NCBI GenBank assembly: GCA_015069265.1
Contig: SVIY01000001.1
Location: 22,665 to 86,664, forward strand
DNA length: 64,000 nt
From: Clostridiales bacterium
GTDB taxonomy: Bacteria > Bacillota > Clostridia > Christensenellales > Borkfalkiaceae
Reading direction: 5' to 3'
Below are positions 28,709-38,120 of the stretch, piece by piece (positions within the stretch are counted from its first letter, which is position 1; every line of letters starts with the position of its first letter). The position numbers and the translations under genes are program-made. The notes under the pieces were generated by a model. It was not told the origin of the DNA. It saw nothing but the letters and a program-made list of their open reading frames with translations, and made no database searches.

Positions 28709-29563
28709 TTAATTTTCTTCTTCGTAATAGTACGAATAGTCTATACCTTTCATAAAGATTTCTCGGTCGGAAATTTTGTCGGTTAAAGCCAATTTAATAA
28801 GTGATAAAATATCGCTATAATCTACAACGCTTTTTTTCATCGCGTCTAAATATTTAGTTTTATCAATCTTGCTCCAATCGACGCAAAGAGAAAGGTTTTT
28901 CTTTAATATAAGGTCTAACCAAATTCTAGTCGTTCTGCCGTTTCCTTCCATAAAAGGATGAGCAACGTTCATTTCAACGTATTTTTTAACGATTTGTTCT
29001 AACGATTCTTCTGGCATTTTTTCGATTGAAAAAAGTGTGTCCTCTAAATAACCAACGCTAGCAAATACGAAACCGCCTTTAGAGATATTTAACTTTCTAA
29101 TTTGTCCTGCAAAATCGTATAAACCGCCAAAAAGGAAAGAATGAATTTGTTGTAAGCCCTTAATTGTTCCAACTTCAATATCGTTTATTATTTCGCTCTC
29201 AAACAGTTCGTAAGCTTTGTTTTTGCTTTGTTCATCGATAGAAGTGCCAAATTTTTTAACCCATTTAATAAACGAGTCTGACTTTTTACTTGGAAGAATT
29301 GTAATAAGTAAATTTAGTCCGTCGTCGTCAATAACGTCCGTCAAATACTTCTTTCCGTCTTTTGCCGTTAATTTCAGTTGTCTACAAATTGATGACACCT
29401 CAAAATTTCTCTTTTTTAAGGTGTTCCAATATTTGCGTGGAGAAGTGCTTAAAGAAAGGGCGTCTATTATATCAACGGCGCATAACCACCAACGCGAAGT
29501 TTCTTCATCCCACACCGAACGAACGGGAACGTCATTAAAAAATCTAATAGATGTCTTAATCAT
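28709..29563 (-). CDS. Fic family protein with an N-terminal Bro-N/antirepressor-like DNA-binding domain
   Basis: Fic motif [12 protein letters not shown]. The N-terminus ([28 protein letters not shown]) resembles Bro-N. Confidence 0.8.
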   Translation of the reverse strand: MIKTSIRFFNDVPVRSVWDEETSRWWLCAVDIIDALSLSTSPRKYWNTLKKRNFEVSSICRQLKLTAKDGKKYLTDVIDDDGLNLLITILPSKKSDSFIKWVKKFGTSIDEQSKNKAYELFESEIINDIEVGTIKGLQQIHSFLFGGLYDFAGQIRKLNISKGGFVFASVGYLEDTLFSIEKMPEESLEQIVKKYVEMNVAHPFMEGNGRTTRIWLDLILKKNLSLCVDWSKIDKTKYLDAMKKSVVDYSDILSLIKLALTDKISDREIFMKGIDYSYYYEEEN

Positions 29564-29620
29564 TTTTACCCTCGTAAGCGATATTTATATCCCAAAACTT
29601 GTCGGTTAAAGCACGCTTTT

Positions 29621-30487
29621 TTATTCACCGTCTTTATTTGTAACGTTTGATAAAAAGTGGATAAGTTTTTCTGACTTTGGATTGGTTAAAACTTCCCTTG
29701 GGTCGCCCACTTCTTCGATAACGCCGTCCGCCATAAACACGATTTTATCAGAAACGTTTTTAGCAAAACCCATTTCGTGAGTAACTATAATCATCGTTCT
29801 GTCTTGGTTTTTTAATTCGCGGATAACCTTTAACACTTCGCCAGTTAGTTCTGGGTCTAAAGCAGAGGTCGGCTCGTCAAAACACAAGATTTTAGGCTTT
29901 AAGGCAAGCGCTCTTGCAATCGCCACACGTTGACATTGTCCGCCCGAGAGTTCGCAAGGAAAACTATTGATTTTATCCTCTAAACCAATGGTCTTTATTA
30001 ATTCAAGACCGTCCTTTTCAATCTCGTCGTGCTTTTGCTTTTTAAATGCAGAAAGTAATTCCGAAATGGTTTTTCTTGTTAAAGATTTATCGGTTTTTGC
30101 TTTAAGTTTTAACTCTTTTTTGTATTCTTTTATCTTTTTGTTGAGTAAAAGAGTGGGGGCGAGCGTTACGTTTTTCAAAACGTTATATTGTGGAAAGAGG
30201 TTAAAAGATTGGAAAACAAGTCCAAAATTCAATCTCTTTTCACGAAGAATTGCTTCGCTATCCGCTTTTATAGCCGACGAATCGAACAAAAGGTTGTTAT
30301 CTAGGGTCATCGTGCCGTTATCGGGCGTTTCTAAAAAGTTAATGCAACGAAGAAGGGTAGTTTTACCACTTCCCGACGAGCCGATAATGGATACTACCTC
30401 GCCTTTTTCTAAAGATAGGTCGATACCTTTTAATACTTCGGTCTGCCCAAATTTTTTATAAAAATTCTTAATGTCGAGATATGCCAT
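29621..30487 (-). CDS. amino acid ABC transporter ATP-binding protein (with helical-subdomain insertion)
   Basis: Walker A GSSGSGKTT, signature LSGGQCQRVAIARAL, Walker B ILCFDEPTSALD. Confidence 0.9.
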   Translation of the reverse strand: MAYLDIKNFYKKFGQTEVLKGIDLSLEKGEVVSIIGSSGSGKTTLLRCINFLETPDNGTMTLDNNLLFDSSAIKADSEAILREKRLNFGLVFQSFNLFPQYNVLKNVTLAPTLLLNKKIKEYKKELKLKAKTDKSLTRKTISELLSAFKKQKHDEIEKDGLELIKTIGLEDKINSFPCELSGGQCQRVAIARALALKPKILCFDEPTSALDPELTGEVLKVIRELKNQDRTMIIVTHEMGFAKNVSDKIVFMADGVIEEVGDPREVLTNPKSEKLIHFLSNVTNKDGE

Positions 30488-30489
30488 AA

Positions 30490-31140
30490 CTACACCTTTA
30501 TATAAGACAACTTCTTTTCAATCTTGCGTAGAATAAAGGCAACGAGCGCGTTAAACGCAAAGTAGAATAAGCCTGCCGCAAGAAGAGGCCAAAGACCACC
30601 GCCCTGTGCTTTTCTTAAATCGAAAGCGACGTCGGTCAGTTCAACGAGCGCAATCATACGCGCGATAGAGGTGTCTTTAACGAGGGTAATAATTTCGTTA
30701 CCGATAGGGGGAACGATGTGTTTAATAACTTGTAAAAGCACGATTTTACTAAAAATCTGACCTTTAGAAAGTCCTAAAACCTTACCTGCCTCTTTTTGAC
30801 CTTTGGGGATAGACTCAATACCGCCACGGTAAATTTCCGAAAAGTAAGCGGCGTAATTTATGGTAAACGCAATGATTGCCGCAAGTAATCTGCTCTTAAA
30901 AGAGAACTCCGCGCCAAAAACAAGCCCCGGTCCGTAAAAGATTATGATTAATTGAAGCATCAAGGGAGTACCGCGGATAATGGAAACGAACGCCCTCGCG
31001 ATACCCTTGATTATTTTAATTTTGGACATAGACAGAAAGCACACAAAAAGCCCTAACGGTAAAGATAGAACAAGCGTTACCGCAAAGAGCAGAACGGTTG
31101 TGCCAAATCCGTCTAAAAGTTGTAAAAAGATATCTAACAT
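30490..31140 (-). CDS. amino acid ABC transporter permease (HisMQ/GlnP family)
   Basis: EAA-loop region (IESIPKGQKEAGKVLGLSKGQ) and about 5 TM helices. Confidence 0.9.
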   Translation of the reverse strand: MLDIFLQLLDGFGTTVLLFAVTLVLSLPLGLFVCFLSMSKIKIIKGIARAFVSIIRGTPLMLQLIIIFYGPGLVFGAEFSFKSRLLAAIIAFTINYAAYFSEIYRGGIESIPKGQKEAGKVLGLSKGQIFSKIVLLQVIKHIVPPIGNEIITLVKDTSIARMIALVELTDVAFDLRKAQGGGLWPLLAAGLFYFAFNALVAFILRKIEKKLSYIKV

Positions 31141-31151
31141 AAATCTAAATT

Positions 31152-32012
31152 TTAAGCGTCAACTTTGGGAAGAATAATATCTCTAATAGTAGATTCGCCT
31201 GCAGATTCACTTTCGCAAGCAAAGGTAGCACCGCTCATACCTTCGTAAGTAGCGTATTTTTGAGCGTCAGCCTTTCTGATTACGATTGCTTGACGGTTAA
31301 TCATGTAGTAGTTAGAGAAATCGAGGTTTTCAGCTCTTTGTTCGGTCCAAGTAAAACCGTTCCAAATAACGTCGATATTACCGCTGTTGAGTTCGTCTTC
31401 CTTGGTATCCCAGTTAATCTTTTGGGTTACGAGCTCTAAGTCGTACAATTCGCATACAGCTTCAGCGAGTTCGATATCAAAACCAATAAGTTTTCCTCCG
31501 TCCATGTAAGCAATCGGCTCAAAAAGGGTGTAACCTAAAACGAGTTTGTCTTTTGCGAGAATTTTACCGAAATCAGAGTTGGGGTCAACTTGGTTAGGTG
31601 CAGGGAAATTATCGTAGTCAAATTCGGGAATAGTGCAGAGCGCAGGTTGCAAGCCGTATTTAGATGCGATTTCATTTAATATACCTTCTTTTTGCAACTG
31701 ATAAAGCGCTGCGTTGATATAGTCGTCGGTATTGGTGTTCTTTCTAGAACCGATAGCGTAGTATTCGTTAGCAAAAGTAAAGTCTTGTCCTGACAAAATG
31801 GTGAGGTCGGAGAAATTGGGTTTGTTAACGTAGTAGTTTGCCATAACGCTGTCGATAACCGCAATGTCGCTAGTACCAGCTTGAACTTCGGTAAGAGCTG
31901 CCAATTGGTCGTCCGTTTCAACAACGGTGGTTTGGTCTTTGCCACAACCTACCGCAAAGAGTGTCGCTAATGCAAGAAGCATTGCTACGATTGAAGTGAT
32001 AAGTTTTTTCAT
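31152..32012 (-). CDS. ABC substrate-binding lipoprotein, family 3, lobes in permuted order (paralog 1)
   Basis: Lipobox FAVGC. SBP_bac_3-like blocks are present, but the usual C-terminal half comes first. Confidence 0.8.
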   Translation of the reverse strand: MKKLITSIVAMLLALATLFAVGCGKDQTTVVETDDQLAALTEVQAGTSDIAVIDSVMANYYVNKPNFSDLTILSGQDFTFANEYYAIGSRKNTNTDDYINAALYQLQKEGILNEIASKYGLQPALCTIPEFDYDNFPAPNQVDPNSDFGKILAKDKLVLGYTLFEPIAYMDGGKLIGFDIELAEAVCELYDLELVTQKINWDTKEDELNSGNIDVIWNGFTWTEQRAENLDFSNYYMINRQAIVIRKADAQKYATYEGMSGATFACESESAGESTIRDIILPKVDA

Positions 32013-32164
32013 AAAACAATCTCCTAAAAAATAAAATATGTTTACCGTTTTGCTTTATCGCTTTATCGCGCTAAAGTGAATTGGTAAACATATTATACTA
32101 ATATTTTTTAATTTAGTAAAGCGAATTTGCGCACAAAACGCAAAATTCTTTATTTTTGGTCGAT

Positions 32165-33127
32165 TTAGAACAAAATTTCTGATAAATATCCCTTAATTAG
32201 CGTTTCGCCCTCTGAACCTGAAGCGGCGCAGAACTTTGCGTCTTTCAAGGAGGAGAGAGAAGAATATTTATCCGCATCCTCTTTTCTTACGACCAAGCAA
32301 TAACTATTTTGCATGTGCGGGAAAGTAACGTCAAATTTTTCTCTTAAAGTAGGGGTGTCTACAATCGCGCCCATTATAACGTCCACCACGCCCGAATTTA
32401 AGTCCTCTTCAACGTTGTTCCACTCGATTGGACGAACGTAGTAATCGCCCGACTCGGTATAAAAGCCCATAGCCGAAGCAACGCCTTTTAAGATGTTCAT
32501 CTCCGTTCCGTCAGAGTGTGCGTTGTCGTGGCGGTACAAAAGCGAATCGAGGCGGTTAAACCCTTTAGAATCGGGGGGAAGAGTCCAGCCGATTAAAAAC
32601 ATTCCGTTGTTTTTTATGCGCTCAAACTCGCCCGTAGGTGTGTCCGAAAGGGAAACGGACGGCTCATTAATAGTGAGAATTAAATCTTGCACGCCGTCAA
32701 GCTTGGCAATTTTATAAAGGTCCATATCGTAGCGCATAATTCCCGTTTTATTGTTGGAAAAGTTTACGTCTATGGTCTCCTCTTGAATTTTATACATCGC
32801 CGCGTTGATATACTCGTCGAAGTTGGTGTTCTTTCTAGTGATAAAGCAGAATTTTTCTTGCGCAAAAGAAATTCCGTCAACGTCGATAACGGTCAAATTT
32901 TCACACCCAGCAACACAATTTATAAGGTAGTCCGCTTCATACCTATCCACAACCGCCACGTCTGAAACGTTAAAGGAAACGTCAAACACCGCGTCGTACT
33001 GATTGTCGGTTAAAATGTAAGAAATGGACTGTTCAGAGGGGGAGGGGTTATCTTTGCAAGAAAAAAGCGCCAAACAACAGGTCAACGATAATAAAACGGA
33101 GAGTCCCTTAAAAAATTTGTTTTTCAT
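32165..33127 (-). CDS. ABC substrate-binding lipoprotein, family 3-like, permuted (paralog 2)
   Basis: The ATG at 33127 follows an AAGAGG SD. Lipobox LFSC. Block order is the same as in paralog 1. Confidence 0.75.
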   Translation of the reverse strand: MKNKFFKGLSVLLSLTCCLALFSCKDNPSPSEQSISYILTDNQYDAVFDVSFNVSDVAVVDRYEADYLINCVAGCENLTVIDVDGISFAQEKFCFITRKNTNFDEYINAAMYKIQEETIDVNFSNNKTGIMRYDMDLYKIAKLDGVQDLILTINEPSVSLSDTPTGEFERIKNNGMFLIGWTLPPDSKGFNRLDSLLYRHDNAHSDGTEMNILKGVASAMGFYTESGDYYVRPIEWNNVEEDLNSGVVDVIMGAIVDTPTLREKFDVTFPHMQNSYCLVVRKEDADKYSSLSSLKDAKFCAASGSEGETLIKGYLSEILF

Positions 33128-33185
33128 ACAACCTCTTAAAAAAATGCTCGGCCAAATATGACCGAGCACAAGTTTTTTTGTGAAA

Positions 33186-34160
33186 TTAACCTAAAACAGC
33201 AGTCTTAACTGCACCCGATTTAATGAGGGTTTCACCAACACTACCCGTAGCAGCGGTAAAGGTTGCGTCCTTCATGCCTGCAAAAGTAGCATATTTGCTT
33301 GCATCTGCTTTTCTGATTACGAGCACTTGACTGTTGGTAATGTAAGGAACGGTAAAGTCAAAGTCGCCATTCCAACCATCTTCAGAGAAGCCACCGATAA
33401 GAACGTCAACGGTGCCGTTTGCAAGTGCTTCCGCACGGTCTTTGTAGTCGACAAAGTTAGTGTTAGTCGTAGATACGGTCATACCGTAAGCTCTAGCAAC
33501 TGCTCTCATAAGCAATACTTCAAAGCCGTCGTCACCAGCAAAGTGGCTGTTTCCAGCAAAGGGCATATTGTTAAGTTCTCTCTTTTGAACGTCGGCAACA
33601 AAACCAATCTTAAATCCGTCAACCAAAATTCTTTCAAATTCCGAACCGAGTTCGGGGGTGTCTCCGATAGAAATTGAGGGTCTTGCGATGGTGATTAGAT
33701 TAGATGATAAACCATAAGTATTTGCGAGGTCAACCATTTTGCAATCTTTTTCGCCACCGTCGTTAGTATAGTTTACCGTAATCGTTTCGTTTTGGATATG
33801 GTAAAGAGCGGCGCTGATAAAGTCTGCAACGTCAGTGCCTTTTTTGGTAGCCATAACGTATTGTTCGGTGTTGAATGCGAATTGGTCGCCAGAGATTACC
33901 ATAATGGTATCGTCAAAGTTTCTTTTGTAATAGTTGTCAAAAACTGCCTTTTCTACAACCGCGATATCCGCAGATTCGCCTGCAACTTCACCGACAGCGT
34001 CGTATTGAGTGCTACTTGCTTGGAAGGTAAGCGAAGTTTTAGCAGGAGGGGGAGTGGGTGTGTCGCCGTTGTCGTCGCCACCGCAAGCAAAAAGACCTGC
34101 GCAAGCGGTAAGGGAGAGAACAAAGGCACAAATAAGTGTCAAAAATTTCTTCATTGTCAT
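33186..34160 (-). CDS. ABC substrate-binding lipoprotein, family 3-like, permuted (paralog 3)
   Basis: Lipobox LFAC and an AGGAGA SD. Block order is the same as in paralog 1. Confidence 0.75.
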   Translation of the reverse strand: MTMKKFLTLICAFVLSLTACAGLFACGGDDNGDTPTPPPAKTSLTFQASSTQYDAVGEVAGESADIAVVEKAVFDNYYKRNFDDTIMVISGDQFAFNTEQYVMATKKGTDVADFISAALYHIQNETITVNYTNDGGEKDCKMVDLANTYGLSSNLITIARPSISIGDTPELGSEFERILVDGFKIGFVADVQKRELNNMPFAGNSHFAGDDGFEVLLMRAVARAYGMTVSTTNTNFVDYKDRAEALANGTVDVLIGGFSEDGWNGDFDFTVPYITNSQVLVIRKADASKYATFAGMKDATFTAATGSVGETLIKSGAVKTAVLG

Positions 34161-34373
34161 TTTCTCCTAAAAATTTTTTACGAAGATATAATACCACAAG
34201 TTAACCACTTTTGCAAGTCAAATAAAAAGAATTTGCAAAAGTATGAAAAGAGTATATTATATTGTACGATTAAAATCAATGAAAAATAAAAAAATAAGTA
34301 TGGACAATCATTAAATAATAGCGCACGCGTTCGCGCGCACCCACGCACGTACGCACGCGCGAGCAAAAAGAAA

Positions 34374-34398
34374 AACGCCACTAAAAGTAGTGGCGTTT
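34374..34398. terminator. bidirectional terminator after the PFOR gene
   Basis: AACGCCACT-AAAAG-TAGTGGCGTT hairpin with A- and T-rich flanks. Confidence 0.75.
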
Positions 34399-34413
34399 AA
34401 CTTTAATTTTTAA

Positions 34414-37400
34414 TTATTTACCTGCAAGGTTTTTATAAGTTTCAATTCTTGCCTTGCTGTCCTTTTCGGTCTTTTCAAAGAGTTGTTCTGCGAGTTCGGG
34501 ACGAGCTTTCATAAGTGAAGCGTATCTCGTTTCGCCGAGCAAGAAGGACTTGTAGTCGCCTGTCGGCTCTTTGGAATCGAGGGTGAAGGGGTTCTTGCCT
34601 TCATCGATTGATTCGGGGTTGTAGCGGTAAAGTTGCCAATAACCGCAATCAACAGCCTTCTTTTCTTCCTCTTGTGACTTCATCATGTTGATACCGTGGT
34701 TGATACAAGGAGCGTAGCAGATGATGAGTGACGGTCCGTCGTATTTTTCTGCTTCAACGAGTGCGTTCATAAGTTGTTGCTTATTAGAACCCATTGAGCA
34801 TTGAGCAACGTAAACGTAACCATAGCTCATAGCCATCATGCCGAGGTCTTTTTTCTTAACTCTCTTACCAGCGGCAGCAAATTTAGCAACCGAACCGGTA
34901 GGAGTAGACTTACTTGCTTGTCCACCTGTGTTGGAGTAAACTTCGGTATCGAGCACGAGAACGTTAACGTTTTCGCCAGAAGCAAGAACGTGGTCAAGTC
35001 CGCCGTAGCCGATATCGTATGCCCAGCCGTCACCACCGAAAATCCAGATAGAAGGTTTAACGAGGCAGTCGAGGTTGCCCTTAATGTAGTCAAGACCACA
35101 AGCAGTTTCGTTTGCGATTGCACTCTTTACGAGTTCTGCAGCAACCTTGCTCTTTTCTGCGTCTTCTTTATCAGAAAGCCATGCGGTGAATGCAGTCTTG
35201 GTTTGCTCGGAAACTGCGTCCATATTCGCTTTCATATCTTCTTCGATTTTAGCGCGACGAGCTTTCATAGCGAGGTTCATACCGTAACCGAATTCTGCGT
35301 TGTCTTCAAAGAGGCTGTTTGCCCAAGCAGGACCTTTGCCTTCCTTGTTCTTGGTGTAAGGACAGGTAGGAGCAGAACCGCCGTAGATAGACGAACAACC
35401 GGTTGCGTTTGCAACAATCATTCTGTCGCCAAAGAGTTGGGTAACGAGTTTAACGTAAGGAGTTTCGCCACAACCAGCGCAAGCACCGGAGAACTCGAAC
35501 AAGGGTTTGTTGAATTGGCTACCCTTAACGGTAGTGGGTTTGCAACCGGGGCAAGCGGAAACGTTAACTTCGGGAAGCGTTTCGCTATATTCGTAGTTAA
35601 CCTTTTCTTCTTCAACTACAGAGCCGAACGGAACCATGGTGAGTGCCTTTTCTTTTGCGGGACAAATGTCTGCACAAACTCCGCAACCCATACAGTCGAG
35701 GGGAGAAACTTGCATTCTGAACTCAAAGCCCTTGTTTCCGATCATAGCCTTGGTGATAAAGGAAGCGGGTTTTTCTTCGCCCTCTTTAACAACCGCAGGT
35801 CTAATACATGCGTGCGGACATACGAACGAGCATTGGTTACATTGGATACACTTTGAAGCGTCCCACTTGGGAACGTTAACTGCAACACCGCGTTTTTCGT
35901 ACTTGGTCGTACCCGTGGGAACAGAACCGTCTGCGTTGAAAGCAGAAGAGGGGAGTTTGTCGCCCTCAAGAACGAGAATGGGGTGAACGATATCCTTAAA
36001 GTATTTGTTATCAGCAACCGCTGCCATGGGTGCGCCCGTTTCAGCAGTCTTCCAGCTTTCAGGAACTTCGATTTTAACGAGGTTAGCTGCAGCGGAGTCG
36101 ATTGCGTTGTAGTTCATTTGAACGACTGCGTCGCCCTTTTTAGCAAAGGACTTGTACGCCATCTTCTTCATGTAATCAACTGCTTGGTCGTAGGGGATAA
36201 TGTTTGCAACCTTAAAGAAAGCAGATTGCAAAATAGTGTTAGTTCTTCCGCGGAGACCGAGTTCTGCTGCAATCTTGATTGCGTCGATTACGTAAAGACT
36301 AATGTTTTTGTTTGCTATATCGCGCTTAACGAATGCAGGGAGAACGTCTTCGAGTTCTGCTGCAGATTTAGCGGACGTATTGAAGAGGAAAGTACCGTTC
36401 TTCTTGATATCGCCGGTCATGTTGTAACGGGTGATATAAGAGGGGTTAGAGCATTGAACGAAGTCAGCCGCGTCGATGAGGTATGCAGATTGGATAGGCG
36501 TGTCACCGAAACGGAGGTGAGAAACGGTTATACCGCCAGACTTCTTACTGTCGTAGAAGAAGTAACCTTGAACGTACTTGTCGGTGTGGTCACCGATAAT
36601 TTTAATAGAGTTCTTGTTTGCGCCAACCGTACCGTCAGAGCCAAGACCCCAGAACTTACATGAAATCGTGCCTGCGGGAGCAGCGTCGTATTTTTCAGAG
36701 AAGTCCAAAGAGGTGTTGGTAAGGTCGTCGTAAATACCAACGGTGAAGTGGTTCTTGGGGCTTTCGAGTTCGAGGTTTTTGTAAACCGAATAAATCATTG
36801 AAGGATTGAACTCTTTGCTACCGAGACCGTATCTACCGCCAACAACCTTAATATCGGACATACCTTTTTCAAGGAGTGCAGAGCAAACGTCCAAATACAA
36901 GGGTTCACCGAGAGAGCCTGCTTCTTTAGTTCTGTCGAGAACAGCGAGCTTCTTAACCGTTTTGGGAAGTGCGTTTACAAAGTAATCGATTGCAAACGGA
37001 CGATAGAGTCTAACTTTTAATAGACCAACCTTATGACCTTCAGCGTTCATCTTGTTGATGGTTTCTTCAACCGCGTCAGCACCGCTACCCATCATAACGA
37101 TAACGTTTTCTGCGTCGGGTGCGCCTACGTAATCGAAGAGGTGATAACTTCTGCCGGTGAGTGCAGAAACCTTATCCATAACTTCTTGAACGATTGCAGG
37201 GGTTGCTTGGTAGTACTTGTTAGCAGTTTCTCTGTTTTGGAAATAAATGTCAGAGTTTTGTGCAGTACCCTTTTGAACGGGGTGTTCGGGGTTTAATGCG
37301 CGTGCGCGGAAATCTTCGATATCTTTCATATCAACGAGCGCTTTCATCTCGTCGTATTCGATAGCGTCGATTTTGCTTACTTCGTGGCTAGTTCTAAAAC

Positions 37401-37911
37401 CGTCGAAGAAGTGAAGGAAAGGAACTTTGGTCTTTAACGTAGAAAGGTGAGAAACTAAAGCGAGGTCCATAACTTCTTGAACGGAGTTACTTGCTATCAT
37501 AGCAAAGCCCGTTTGACGACAAGCCATAACGTCCGCGTGGTCGCCGAAGATGTTGAGTGAATGAGCTGCGAGCGCTCTTGCACTAACGTGGAAAACCGTG
37601 GGGAGAAGTTCGCCCGCGATTTTGTACATATTCGGAATCATCAAAAGCAAGCCTTGGCTTGCGGTGTAAGTAGTGGTAAGTGCGCCTGCGGTAAGTGAGC
37701 CGTGAACTGCACCTGCAGCGCCTGCTTCTGACTGCATTTCTGCAAGGCGGAGAGTTTGTCCAAACATATTAACTCTGCCTGCTGCCGACCATTCGTCTGC
37801 AACTTCCGCCATGGGAGAAGACGGGGTTATCGGGTAGATAGCCGCTACTTCAGAAAAGGCGTACGCTACGTGACTGGCGGCGGTATTGCCGTCGATTGTC
37901 ATTTTTTTCAT
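34414..37911 (-). CDS. nifJ: pyruvate:ferredoxin (flavodoxin) oxidoreductase
   Basis: 1165-aa single-chain PFOR with two ferredoxin-type CxxCxxCxxxCP motifs, the TPP-binding GGDGW motif, and an N-terminal MKKMTIDGNTAASHVAY. Confidence 0.96.
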   Translation of the reverse strand: MKKMTIDGNTAASHVAYAFSEVAAIYPITPSSPMAEVADEWSAAGRVNMFGQTLRLAEMQSEAGAAGAVHGSLTAGALTTTYTASQGLLLMIPNMYKIAGELLPTVFHVSARALAAHSLNIFGDHADVMACRQTGFAMIASNSVQEVMDLALVSHLSTLKTKVPFLHFFDGFRTSHEVSKIDAIEYDEMKALVDMKDIEDFRARALNPEHPVQKGTAQNSDIYFQNRETANKYYQATPAIVQEVMDKVSALTGRSYHLFDYVGAPDAENVIVMMGSGADAVEETINKMNAEGHKVGLLKVRLYRPFAIDYFVNALPKTVKKLAVLDRTKEAGSLGEPLYLDVCSALLEKGMSDIKVVGGRYGLGSKEFNPSMIYSVYKNLELESPKNHFTVGIYDDLTNTSLDFSEKYDAAPAGTISCKFWGLGSDGTVGANKNSIKIIGDHTDKYVQGYFFYDSKKSGGITVSHLRFGDTPIQSAYLIDAADFVQCSNPSYITRYNMTGDIKKNGTFLFNTSAKSAAELEDVLPAFVKRDIANKNISLYVIDAIKIAAELGLRGRTNTILQSAFFKVANIIPYDQAVDYMKKMAYKSFAKKGDAVVQMNYNAIDSAAANLVKIEVPESWKTAETGAPMAAVADNKYFKDIVHPILVLEGDKLPSSAFNADGSVPTGTTKYEKRGVAVNVPKWDASKCIQCNQCSFVCPHACIRPAVVKEGEEKPASFITKAMIGNKGFEFRMQVSPLDCMGCGVCADICPAKEKALTMVPFGSVVEEEKVNYEYSETLPEVNVSACPGCKPTTVKGSQFNKPLFEFSGACAGCGETPYVKLVTQLFGDRMIVANATGCSSIYGGSAPTCPYTKNKEGKGPAWANSLFEDNAEFGYGMNLAMKARRAKIEEDMKANMDAVSEQTKTAFTAWLSDKEDAEKSKVAAELVKSAIANETACGLDYIKGNLDCLVKPSIWIFGGDGWAYDIGYGGLDHVLASGENVNVLVLDTEVYSNTGGQASKSTPTGSVAKFAAAGKRVKKKDLGMMAMSYGYVYVAQCSMGSNKQQLMNALVEAEKYDGPSLIICYAPCINHGINMMKSQEEEKKAVDCGYWQLYRYNPESIDEGKNPFTLDSKEPTGDYKSFLLGETRYASLMKARPELAEQLFEKTEKDSKARIETYKNLAGK

Positions 37912-38120
37912 ATATTATTCCTCCGTGTTAGATTTACTAAATATATAGTCAATACAAGTATTATACATTTTCAAAACCAAATAGTCAACGCAAAACGGAA
38001 AATTTTTAGCGGTAAATTTGTATAAATTTATGGTAAAAAACTTTATACCGCAGTTTGCTTGTAAAATTTTATCAGTTTTGTTATAATGAACAATGATTTA
38101 TTAATCACTTGGAGTTTTAG

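Noticed and set aside
28709-29563. Bro-N/Fic gene as evidence of a prophage or mobile island
   Set aside because: No integrase, transposase, attachment-site repeats or other phage genes occur nearby. I treat it as a lone accessory gene.
34801-35856. 351-aa plus-strand ORF, plus other long ORFs antisense to the PFOR gene (35983-36663, 35636-35986)
   Set aside because: These are antisense shadows of a highly biased, strongly conserved 1165-aa PFOR gene. They have Cys/Val/Phe/Ser-rich nonsense composition and no SD.
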